The notes beneath the pieces were generated by a model, which saw only the letters and a list, made by a program, of their open reading frames with translations, was not told the DNA's origin and did no database searches. Both the position numbers and the translations under genes were made by a program. A stretch of 64,000 bases of DNA from positions 487,674 to 551,673 of the forward strand of contig CAZNAA010000001.1 in the NCBI GenBank assembly GCA_964571255.1, in the 5' to 3' direction. Shown here one piece after another: positions 10,326-19,275 of the stretch. How positions within the stretch are numbered: the first letter of the stretch is position 1; each line of letters starts with the position of its first letter. This stretch comes from an uncultured Gammaproteobacteria bacterium (GTDB lineage: Bacteria; Patescibacteriota; Microgenomatia; Levybacterales; UBA12049).

Positions 10326-11182
10326 AAGGAAAGATACATACGATATGCGTTTGCGAATCTAAGACTGGAGAAAAAAGAAAAAACAAAACCTTGCCATCCA
10401 TCTAAAAAGCCTTTATGTCGTCCATACGTTAAAACAAACCACCACAGTGGTTTGAGAAAAAGATATTCGACTCCTGTGAGAATATCCCATTTTGCATGTT
10501 TTTCTTTTAGTTCCATAGCAATTAACTTACTATATCTATTCCACCTTTTTAAATACTTCTCAAACGTTGGAGAGTCAAAGTGCAATAAATCTTCTTGTAA
10601 CCACCCTACTCTTCCACTTACTACCATTTGTTCATGGACATCTTTAGCAGGTAAATATGCTTTTCCTTTTTTGAGAAGACGAATTACTCCATCAGGATAC
10701 ACTCCCCCATAGGTTAAGTACCTTCCTAAAAAGTAGTTTTTTCTGGGAAAGAAGAAGGCAACAAATGGACCATTTTTCTCTCCAATCTCTCCTTCCCGTT
10801 TCTCAAGAAGAGCTTGATGTCTAAGAAAAAGCTCTTTATTAGGAAGTCTATCCTCATAAGAAGTAAGCTCCTCTTCTGTCATACTAATAACTTTTGTGAT
10901 TTCTTTTGCTAACTCCTCACTCACCCTCTCATCAGCGTCAAGTTGTAATACCCATTCTTTCGTTGCCATGTCAATTGCTTTCTGCTTATTGATATGAAAA
11001 ATGGGGTGATTTTCTCTTACTTGGATCTTCGCTCCGTATTTTTTGGCTATTTCAACTGTCTTATCACTTGAAGTTCCATCGACAATAATAATCTCCTGTG
11101 CTATATCTTTAATGGATTCTAGACAATCAGCCAGGTTTTTCTCTTCGTTATAAGTTGCTAGAACTACTGAAAGTGTTGCCAT
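10322..11182 (-). CDS. GT2 glycosyltransferase
   Basis: LSVVLATYNEEKNL...IIVDGTSSDKT...QLDADE motifs. Confidence 0.8.
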   Translation of the reverse strand: MATLSVVLATYNEEKNLADCLESIKDIAQEIIIVDGTSSDKTVEIAKKYGAKIQVRENHPIFHINKQKAIDMATKEWVLQLDADERVSEELAKEITKVISMTEEELTSYEDRLPNKELFLRHQALLEKREGEIGEKNGPFVAFFFPRKNYFLGRYLTYGGVYPDGVIRLLKKGKAYLPAKDVHEQMVVSGRVGWLQEDLLHFDSPTFEKYLKRWNRYSKLIAMELKEKHAKWDILTGVEYLFLKPLWWFVLTYGRHKGFLDGWQGFVFSFFSSLRFANAYRMYLSL

Positions 11183-12846
11183 ATCTTTTTTCTCACAATA
11201 TATAGTATACCAAGCATGAGAAGAGAAAAAAGAGAGAGAAGTTCAGAAAGAGTACGAAGTTTTGTGTTTTGAAAGGCTATTTCAACCATATGCTCCCCTT
11301 TGGGAAGTAAAAAGGTTATTAACCCTCTTTCATTCGGATCTTGAAATTGGATTGGAATATCCACCCCATCAGCCACTACTCTCCAATTAGGAAAGTAAAG
11401 AGTATTCTCTCGTAATCTTGCATCTCTTGACACAGTAATCTTATACGTATGCCGGACTGAGTTTCGTTCTAAAGGTTGAATGACAGCATCCCCTCCCACT
11501 ACATTCATAAAAGCATCTGGAGTCGATTCCATGAAGCGTACTGACCAAATAGGTGCACTCTCTCCAGTATCCGTTGTGCTATGAAATGTTGAGGAATAAA
11601 AGGTTTCTGGGAAAGTGAGATATCCCCTTGCTTGCCAAAAAGGAGTTGAAGTAATTACAAGTCCAATAACTACCGAAAAAAGTAAAATAGCTTTATTCTT
11701 TGAGGAAACTAAAGACGCTACCATTACTCCCAGTCCACTGAGAAGAAAAACAACTACTGTTAATAATCTCCATGGAAATTGAAATGATTTAATTAAAGGA
11801 AGATACTTCCATAACAATCTACTCTCAGGAGTCATAAGAAAAATAGTTAAGCCTAGTGCAAGGATTGTTCCTCCTAAAATAATCTCTTTCATTCTCGATT
11901 TCACTCTGAAGAGAAAATATATTGCCAAAGCCAGCACTGCTAAATGAATAATTCCAACTCCTACGGAAAACTCTCCTGTATTCCCATATCCCCACGGACT
12001 GTATATAAATCTTTCAAAAGAGGTAAACCGAGTAAGATACACGTCTTGCAGTACAATATCTCGCAGTGTGTACTTTCCCTCAAGAATTGCTGGAATCCAG
12101 AAAAATCCTGCAAGAAGAAAACCCCATCCTATTCCAATAAAAGACATAAATGCATGAATTTTCTTTTTTTCAATTAAATACATCCAGACAATACACCCTA
12201 TGATAAAAGGAAGAGTCATAAGACTAACTGCATTATGAGAAAGAATAAGAAGTGCCATGGAAATAGTAACTCCAAAAAAATGAGCATACGAAGGCTTTTT
12301 AAAGTATCGAATAATAAAATAGAGCACTAGAGGAGCAAAAACAAAGGCAACATGCTCCCCTATTGCGCCACGCACATACATATCAACAAATCGATAGGGG
12401 GCAAACTGATAAAGCATTGCTGCAATAAATGCATCTTCTTTTTTGGAAATCTCACGAAAAAATAAATAGGCTGTAATTCCACTGACAATATATGCTAATC
12501 CAAACACCAATTTTGTACTGTCAACAAAAGAAAATCCTAAAAGATGGAAAAACGAACCAAGATAGGAAGGAAGTGGGTAAAGAAACATCAAAATAGGATG
12601 CCCATACCCCCAGTTAAGATTTCCTGCCCATCTAGGAATAAGATTTCCGTCCTGTAAGCTCTGATAAAAATTAGAAATTCGGGCTACATGATCTCGCCCA
12701 TCATGAGTAATTGGCAACCCTTCAGAAAGAAGAGAGGCCAGTGGAAAAAAAGAAATAAAGATGAGGAGAAGTAAAAATGAGTTATTTTTAGCCCATAAGG
12801 AGATATATTTCATATTATTCAGCAACAACGATGGCTTCTTCTCCAT
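11164..12846 (-). CDS. Polytopic membrane protein, GT-C-like, paralog family A (with 29591..31297 and 31255..32823)
   Basis: 560 aa. Shared N-terminal loop motif HDGRDH...IPRWAGNLNWGYGHPILMFLYPLPSYL. Many TM segments plus a C-terminal soluble domain. Confidence 0.5.
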   Translation of the reverse strand: MEKKPSLLLNNMKYISLWAKNNSFLLLLIFISFFPLASLLSEGLPITHDGRDHVARISNFYQSLQDGNLIPRWAGNLNWGYGHPILMFLYPLPSYLGSFFHLLGFSFVDSTKLVFGLAYIVSGITAYLFFREISKKEDAFIAAMLYQFAPYRFVDMYVRGAIGEHVAFVFAPLVLYFIIRYFKKPSYAHFFGVTISMALLILSHNAVSLMTLPFIIGCIVWMYLIEKKKIHAFMSFIGIGWGFLLAGFFWIPAILEGKYTLRDIVLQDVYLTRFTSFERFIYSPWGYGNTGEFSVGVGIIHLAVLALAIYFLFRVKSRMKEIILGGTILALGLTIFLMTPESRLLWKYLPLIKSFQFPWRLLTVVVFLLSGLGVMVASLVSSKNKAILLFSVVIGLVITSTPFWQARGYLTFPETFYSSTFHSTTDTGESAPIWSVRFMESTPDAFMNVVGGDAVIQPLERNSVRHTYKITVSRDARLRENTLYFPNWRVVADGVDIPIQFQDPNERGLITFLLPKGEHMVEIAFQNTKLRTLSELLSLFSLLMLGILYIVRKKIWQHFQ

Positions 12847-14452
12847 CTAGATACGCTATTTTCTTGAGTACTGCTCTACCTTGAGGAATATCTTTAGGAC
12901 GTCCAATATAGAGAGTACTTGATTGCGTTTCTTTTGTGAGATCGAATTCTCTAAATTCATACTTATCAAAGTAGTGATTTTCCCTAAATCCTCCTGATGT
13001 GTTCCTTTTATCATCTTGATACTTTTGAGGAGAATATTTTAGGTAGAACATAAAGAACATATGGGATTGATCCAAAGGTTCTTTATTCGTGACAACAATT
13101 TTATCGTACTTCCCTTGAATTGAATCTACATAAGAAACTAACTCTTTATATCCGTACTGCCATTCTTTTGAAAAGAAATAGTTTTGCTGGACATAATACT
13201 GGTTCATATAAAATACAAAGTTGAATAGTGATAAAAGAGTTACTACTCCAAGAATTCCTCGTTTTACTAAAAGAGAAAGTTGCAGTTTCATAAGTTCATA
13301 TACAAACATAACTAGCCCAAGAGCAATGAGTATTTGAAATGTAGGAAGAAAATTTACTGTTCGTACAGCATGAGGTACGCCACTGGTTACGGAGGCAGGA
13401 ATTGGAGCTATGAGAATCCATCCAAAAATTAAATATTTCACTTTCTTATCAATCGCTTTATTAAAAGCTAACTGATAGATACCGATAAGCAGGAAGGGTA
13501 GTTCAAACAAATAGAAAATTCCCATTCGAGGTGCATGATGTCTATTAATATCTCCTGTCATGAACATCCAGTTTGGATAAAAGTGAGATAAGTATCCTGA
13601 AATAATAGTTTTTGTATATTCAATTCTTCTATTATCAAAAATAAAACCTACATAATTTCCTATCTCACGATCATAGAGTAAACGCTGGACGTTTTGTTGC
13701 AGATAATAACTTTGATCAGCAAAAGCAACGGTTGAGGTTGCTCGAGTAAGAGCTTTATCATTTGTCAAAATATACCATCCCATGGGAAGTGCCACGATTA
13801 ATCCTACAATAAATGCAATGACCAAATATTTTTTAGACAGAGCAAATACTTCTTTCCAATAAATTCCAACTAGAAGTAAAAGAAGAAGAGGCATGAAGAC
13901 CTTTTCACTTTGATAAATATAAACACTTAAAGGAGCTATAACAGCAGCTAAAGAGAGAAACCACCCTCTTTTTAATCCCACTACAAAAAAAAGAATAACT
14001 AAGATATTAAATACAGACGCACTTTGTGCTTCAAATGCCACTCGGGAGAATTGAAGAGACCAAGGAGAAATAGCTAAAAGAAAACTGGATATGAGAGCTA
14101 AATCCTCTCGTTTAAATAGATGCCTTACTAAAAAGAAGGTCGCTACCACTCCAGTAATGCCAAATACGGCAGAAGGCAACCGTACTGAAAGAGCTGAAAC
14201 GTCAAAAAAGGGAAGAAAAGGAATAATAAAATAGGTATACAATGCTGGTTTATAGTCATCAAAGGAACGCAAGACCACAGGAAGAAATTCTCCATATTCA
14301 TCCCTCCCGGTTTGAAGAAGAGAGTAAGCGTTCCATCCTAGTGCAACTTCATCCCAATTAGGAGAAGGAGGAGTCATTCCTAAGCGATAGAATCTTAAGA
14401 AACTAGCGAGTAATATAATTCCAATAAAGAGAATGAGTGTCTTTTTAGTCAT
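12815..14452 (-). CDS. ArnT/PMT-family (GT83/GT39-like) membrane glycosyltransferase
   Basis: PPSPNWDEVALGWNAYSL...GRDEYGEFLPV loop-1 acidic motif after TM1; 545 aa polytopic; tandem paralog of 14454..16085. Confidence 0.65.
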   Translation of the reverse strand: MTKKTLILFIGIILLASFLRFYRLGMTPPSPNWDEVALGWNAYSLLQTGRDEYGEFLPVVLRSFDDYKPALYTYFIIPFLPFFDVSALSVRLPSAVFGITGVVATFFLVRHLFKREDLALISSFLLAISPWSLQFSRVAFEAQSASVFNILVILFFVVGLKRGWFLSLAAVIAPLSVYIYQSEKVFMPLLLLLLVGIYWKEVFALSKKYLVIAFIVGLIVALPMGWYILTNDKALTRATSTVAFADQSYYLQQNVQRLLYDREIGNYVGFIFDNRRIEYTKTIISGYLSHFYPNWMFMTGDINRHHAPRMGIFYLFELPFLLIGIYQLAFNKAIDKKVKYLIFGWILIAPIPASVTSGVPHAVRTVNFLPTFQILIALGLVMFVYELMKLQLSLLVKRGILGVVTLLSLFNFVFYMNQYYVQQNYFFSKEWQYGYKELVSYVDSIQGKYDKIVVTNKEPLDQSHMFFMFYLKYSPQKYQDDKRNTSGGFRENHYFDKYEFREFDLTKETQSSTLYIGRPKDIPQGRAVLKKIAYLDGEEAIVVAE

Positions 14453-14453
14453 A

Positions 14454-16085
14454 TTAATTTAAAGTGAATGCAGCTAACCCTGGACTACCATCTTTTAGTG
14501 GGAATTCTTTTTGCACATTCATCTTATCTGTTACCTTATTTGCTAAATCCACTTGTAACGTTTTTCCTTTCTCCTCACATGCCTCACTCACGTTCCCTGC
14601 AAAAATATACTTGTCAAACTTATTCACCGTAACAAAACCAAACGAGTCTCTTGTTACTTCTGATTCACTAGCAAATTTTGCTGGATCATACTTACTATAG
14701 AATAAAACATAGGCATATGGTCTACCTAGCTCTGTAGTAAAACAAATTGCATCATAATTCCCTTTTACTTCCTCAGTATAGGCAATTGCTTCTTTATATC
14801 CATATTGCCATTCTCCGGAATAGTCACGTGGATAATGTATATAATATCCATGAAGATAATAGGTAACATTTCCTAAAATCACTACACCAAGAAGTGCAAG
14901 AAACACTTTTTTCCATGCTAAAGACTGATAGATAGAAACAATCCCATAGGCAATAAGCAACTGAAAGGTAGGAAGGGCTGTTTCAATACGAAGTGCATGA
15001 GGTGTTTCTCGAGCAGTAGCTGCAGGAACAATTGAGAGAAGAAGCCAAATTGGGATAATCCACCAAAAACCTTCTCTCTTTCTTATCAGAAGAAGTATCC
15101 CTAAGATAAGAAATGGTAATTCGAAAAGATATAATTGTCCAACATCCTGTGTAGAAAATTTAGGATTTCCGTCTCCTTTTATAAATAGAAAGGATGGGTT
15201 GAAGTGATCAAAATAGTGCTTTATATACTCTTGTCCATAGGCAAATCGTCTATTATGGAGAATTTTTGACCACCACACGTTGTTATCATTGGCAATCTCC
15301 TGGTTGACTGTTTCAATTACTTTAATATCAGAAAATATATTTACTTCTTTAAATCGCAAACTCGCTTGAGGAGACAGAAGAAACGGAAGTGTTGGAAGAA
15401 GAAGGAGAAATCCAATTACTCCACCAATCATTACTTCCTTTTTTCTCTCCCATAATTCTTTTCTAAATGAAAGTGCTAAGAGTAAAACTAAAAGGGGTGA
15501 AACGATACGAGCGGTATTAAAGGTATACATTGATAAAACAAAGCAGATAGCTGAGATAATCAATCCATACTTTTTTAGAAAAGATTTATCTGGATTAACA
15601 ATAAAAGAAAGAAATGAAGTTACTCCCGCAACGATAAAAAAGGTTGATACATTTGCTTCAAAAGCTGCTCGGGAAAGGTTTATATGCCAAGGAGATATCG
15701 CCAAAAGAAAGGCACTGACTACTCCATATGCTGTAGCATTGCTAGAGGTAGAAAAGAACTTTTTTCCAAGGAAAAAAGTAAGAAGAACTGTAAGTATTCC
15801 AAAAAAGGCTGAAGGAAAGCGAGTAGCAAATTCGGTAAGTCCAAAAAGCTTTACACTAATAACTGTTAAGTACAAATAGACAACAGGCTTAAAATCTCCA
15901 AAAGATTCAATGTATGTTACAGGCAGAAATTTACCAAACTCATCTTTTGCTGTCATGCCTACTGAGTAAGCGTTATAGCCCCAAGCAACTTCATCCCAGG
16001 TTAATGATGGAGGGTTCGTTGCTAACTGAGTGAGACGAAGCACGCTTGAGAGGAGAATGATTACAACAAGAACCCATTTAGTCAT
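14454..16085 (-). CDS. ArnT/PMT-family (GT83/GT39-like) membrane glycosyltransferase
   Basis: PPSLTWDEVAWGYNAYSV...AKDEFGKFLPV; 543 aa; tandem paralog of the preceding gene. Confidence 0.65.
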   Translation of the reverse strand: MTKWVLVVIILLSSVLRLTQLATNPPSLTWDEVAWGYNAYSVGMTAKDEFGKFLPVTYIESFGDFKPVVYLYLTVISVKLFGLTEFATRFPSAFFGILTVLLTFFLGKKFFSTSSNATAYGVVSAFLLAISPWHINLSRAAFEANVSTFFIVAGVTSFLSFIVNPDKSFLKKYGLIISAICFVLSMYTFNTARIVSPLLVLLLALSFRKELWERKKEVMIGGVIGFLLLLPTLPFLLSPQASLRFKEVNIFSDIKVIETVNQEIANDNNVWWSKILHNRRFAYGQEYIKHYFDHFNPSFLFIKGDGNPKFSTQDVGQLYLFELPFLILGILLLIRKREGFWWIIPIWLLLSIVPAATARETPHALRIETALPTFQLLIAYGIVSIYQSLAWKKVFLALLGVVILGNVTYYLHGYYIHYPRDYSGEWQYGYKEAIAYTEEVKGNYDAICFTTELGRPYAYVLFYSKYDPAKFASESEVTRDSFGFVTVNKFDKYIFAGNVSEACEEKGKTLQVDLANKVTDKMNVQKEFPLKDGSPGLAAFTLN

Positions 16086-16119
16086 ACAGTATTATCTTAT
16101 ACTATTCTCTTTATAACTC

Positions 16120-17613
16120 TCAATCATGATATTTAAACCAATTTTGAGTTTCTCTATAGAATGACTCAGGGCTCACAGATACCCATTCTTTTTTTTCTAG
16201 TTGAGCACTTGTCGAACTATTTAGATCCAACAGTTGATACGCTTGCTCATTGCCTTCAATTACAGGAAAATCGAACTCTCCAGATCGAGTAGCAATAACA
16301 ACTGAGATATTCCTCCCATTTTCTGAGGTCATACCTTCTTTATACAGGTATAGAGATAATGCACTGTTTACATCATTCCATTTATACTGATAGGCACGAA
16401 CGTGAAACTTATCGTTCGTAAATTCTCGTTTTAAAATATCCACTCTCCTTTGGGTATCTTTGGCTAGTTGATTATGAGAAGAGGTAATATGAGCATACGT
16501 TCTCGTAAAGCTTCCTCCTAATAAAAGCACTAAGCAAAATAATCCGAGAGGAAAATATTTATTCCAGACGTAGTACACCATACTTGCCGTAAGAATGAGA
16601 ACAAAAGGGTGAAGAAATACAAAGTAACTCTCAAAAAGCGGAGTTCGAGTATATCTCAGAAGGATTAATGAACACGCAAAACTAACAAAAAGAGTGAAAA
16701 GAAATATACTTCTATTACTTTTTATGCTTTGAAAAAAGACAAAAGGAAAAATAAGAAAAAAGCCTATTCCACCAAAAATTTTATTTCCTCCAGTAATATA
16801 TCCCCATTGTTCTGGCCAGAGTATTCCTATATAGGTTTTCCATCTTCTCCCTAAAACTTCCATTGAAATATTATATTGATCTTTCAAATAGTAAGTAAGC
16901 ATATTCTTAAGAGTAAAGAAGTTATATTGGACATCAACTAGAAAAACCGGCAACCAAGGAATAAGAAATCCAACTCCAGCAGCTAAAATTGTTTTTATGT
17001 TATATTTTCTAGCAAACAAGAAAGTGAGAACGAGAAGTGGAATTACTCCTACTCCTTGAAGATGAATACTGGCTCCTATTCCAACTGTTAAGGCAAGAAA
17101 AAATAAATACTTTACTTCTTTTTTTTGGAGATACAAAAAACTAAAAGTTATTGCAATTAAACTCACAAGCGATTGAGGTGTTTGATTAGTTAAATTAACT
17201 CCTTGAACGATCTGGGCAGGTGAGAAGGCAGCAAGAAGACCAAGTATATATCCAAATTTCTCATCCACCATTTTCCGCCCTAAAAGAATAATTCCTAGTA
17301 CAAACAGCACATAAAGAGTCGTTAAGAAAATCCAGGGAGTACTCACTGCCCAAGGGAAAATAGCAGTTCCCAGCATAATAATCCAATACCACTCCCCTCC
17401 TGTTTGAAAAGGACCTGCCGATGAGAATGGGCCCAATAACGGAATAAGATTGTATTCTAGAGCATATCTAGCAATAATGGCATCATGTGCCTGGTCATAT
17501 GCTAGCCCCCAGCGAGTAAAATACGAGTAGTAACGAAATACAGCAGCAATAAAAACAATCAGTCCTGTATGTACAAAGAAACGATATTGTTTATAGAAAG
17601 AAAGAATCTTCAT
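16120..17613 (-). CDS. ArnT/PMT-like GT-C membrane protein
   Basis: 497 aa polytopic; WGLAYDQAHDAIIARYA acidic loop after TM1. Confidence 0.5.
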   Translation of the reverse strand: MKILSFYKQYRFFVHTGLIVFIAAVFRYYSYFTRWGLAYDQAHDAIIARYALEYNLIPLLGPFSSAGPFQTGGEWYWIIMLGTAIFPWAVSTPWIFLTTLYVLFVLGIILLGRKMVDEKFGYILGLLAAFSPAQIVQGVNLTNQTPQSLVSLIAITFSFLYLQKKEVKYLFFLALTVGIGASIHLQGVGVIPLLVLTFLFARKYNIKTILAAGVGFLIPWLPVFLVDVQYNFFTLKNMLTYYLKDQYNISMEVLGRRWKTYIGILWPEQWGYITGGNKIFGGIGFFLIFPFVFFQSIKSNRSIFLFTLFVSFACSLILLRYTRTPLFESYFVFLHPFVLILTASMVYYVWNKYFPLGLFCLVLLLGGSFTRTYAHITSSHNQLAKDTQRRVDILKREFTNDKFHVRAYQYKWNDVNSALSLYLYKEGMTSENGRNISVVIATRSGEFDFPVIEGNEQAYQLLDLNSSTSAQLEKKEWVSVSPESFYRETQNWFKYHD

Positions 17614-17614
17614 A

Positions 17615-18328
17615 TTATTCAGTAAATCGATATTTTAAGAGTGTTAGTAAACAAATTGATCCATCATGAAATGTTCTAAGTTTTTTTCCTTCTTCTTTTC
17701 CTCTTGGAACTGTCGTTATAGGTACTTCTAAAATTTTATAACGTCTCTTAAGTAATTTTGCCGTTATTTCAGGTTCAAATTCAAATCCTCGAGCATGAAG
17801 AACCATTGTTTCTACTGCTTTTTTAGGGAATAATTTATAGCAAGTCTCCATATCTGTTAACCATTGACCATAAAGAATACTGGTAATTAAACTTAATATC
17901 CTATTTCCTACATAATGCAGAAGAAAAAGAGGATGACTTTCTTCCTTAGAAAGATTAGGTAAACGTTTAAGTCTTGTTCCATAGACTACTTCACTCTTAT
18001 TTTGCAGAATAGGTTTTAAAAGTAATGCAATATCTTTAGGATGATATTCCAAATCAGCATCTTGGATAATTATATAGTCACCTGTAGCTTTTTGGATTCC
18101 AGTACGAACAGCTGCACCTTTCCCTTGATTCACTTTTTGATGGATAATTCTTATCTTATCTTTCTCTTTAAAGCTGTCTAATTTCTTTTTCGTTTCATCA
18201 CTAGATCCATCATTTACTACTATGATTTCTTTTTCTTCCACAGGAAGTTTTACCGTTAACACTCGTTTAAGTACTTCTTGAATTGTTTTTTCTTCATTAA
18301 AAACCGGGATAATAATAGATAACTTCAT
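17615..18328 (-). CDS. GT2 glycosyltransferase (Dpm1-like polyprenyl-phosphate sugar synthase)
   Basis: LSIIIPVFNEEKTI...VVNDGSSDET...QDADLE; 237 aa. Confidence 0.8.
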   Translation of the reverse strand: MKLSIIIPVFNEEKTIQEVLKRVLTVKLPVEEKEIIVVNDGSSDETKKKLDSFKEKDKIRIIHQKVNQGKGAAVRTGIQKATGDYIIIQDADLEYHPKDIALLLKPILQNKSEVVYGTRLKRLPNLSKEESHPLFLLHYVGNRILSLITSILYGQWLTDMETCYKLFPKKAVETMVLHARGFEFEPEITAKLLKRRYKILEVPITTVPRGKEEGKKLRTFHDGSICLLTLLKYRFTE

Positions 18329-19272
18329 GTGGTAAATTGGAGGAGTAATTCAGAGTCAGAAGTCTTGAAAAGTTTCTGAGTTGTATTACGAGAACGAAAA
18401 ACGAATGGAAGTTGAATTAGTGCTTTAAAAAACCCTACAGGAATAAATAAATTTCCTGAAAGTGTAGCACGTCCAATATGATATGGCAGCCAGAATAAAT
18501 GAGATAATAACATGGAAGTATCATTAATATTTAACCAAACAAAAAAACATTGATTTCTAAAAGCAGTACTCTTTATTTTGAACTGAGAACGAGATGTTTT
18601 GATAGCTCCTTTTTCATGCTCATGCACCACAGTACTTTCTTTTTCAAATAAAGCTTTATATCCAGCTTTTTGTCCTCTATATCCTAAGTCAACATCCTCC
18701 CAGTAAAAAGGTGTATAGAGCTCATTAAGCCCCCCCAGTTTGTCCCAAGCTGATTTTCTAAAGCCAGAACTTCCACCACTTACCCAAAGTGTATTCTGTT
18801 TATCAAGACTTCCTGCACCATGATTAAGAAAACCCCTCTCCCATTTCCCAATTCCTCGTCCTCGTAATACAGTTTTCCCCTTTTCTATACTTTTATCCAT
18901 CATTCCAACAGCAAAGACGTTTTCATTTGTAAAGTGTTTTAAGAGAGGTTCTAAGCATCCTGGATCTGGTTTAACATCTGTATTAAAGAGAATAACTATT
19001 TCACCCGCTGCTTTCTTTACTCCCCTATTAACAGTTGGAGAAAAGCCTCTGTTTTGTTCATTCACTAAAATATGAATTGGTAAAGAATCAGATTCATTTT
19101 TTGATTGAAACTGTTTTAAATACATAACTGATTCATCCTTTGATCCGTCATCAATGATAATCAACTCTTTCTTTCCCTCTTTATACGATGCTAAGAGAGA
19201 AACAACACTTGGAAGATTTTGCTCAATGATTTGCCGTCCGTTATAGTTTGGAATAACAATACTTATATTCAT
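18325..19272 (-). CDS. GT2 glycosyltransferase
   Basis: ISIVIPNYNGRQ...IIIDDGSKDES...FNTDV motifs. Confidence 0.8.
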   Translation of the reverse strand: MNISIVIPNYNGRQIIEQNLPSVVSLLASYKEGKKELIIIDDGSKDESVMYLKQFQSKNESDSLPIHILVNEQNRGFSPTVNRGVKKAAGEIVILFNTDVKPDPGCLEPLLKHFTNENVFAVGMMDKSIEKGKTVLRGRGIGKWERGFLNHGAGSLDKQNTLWVSGGSSGFRKSAWDKLGGLNELYTPFYWEDVDLGYRGQKAGYKALFEKESTVVHEHEKGAIKTSRSQFKIKSTAFRNQCFFVWLNINDTSMLLSHLFWLPYHIGRATLSGNLFIPVGFFKALIQLPFVFRSRNTTQKLFKTSDSELLLQFTT

Positions 19273-19275
19273 AAA

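Noticed and set aside
10293-10712. 139 aa plus-strand ORF
   Set aside because: Antisense to the GT2 gene 10322..11182. Its composition is what is expected from the reverse strand of an AT-rich gene. The same reasoning applies to 2412..2612, 7111..7299, 11944..12177, 14464..14700, 22338..22665, 25367..25918, 26658..27246, 29595..29819, 32009..32218, 33578..34794, 36159..36353, 39950..40238, 42875..43256, 44180..44969, 48457..48663, 49253..50185, 50712..51225, 52485..52820, 53529..53876, 54281..54541, 56288..56917, 61347..61538 and 62585..63005.
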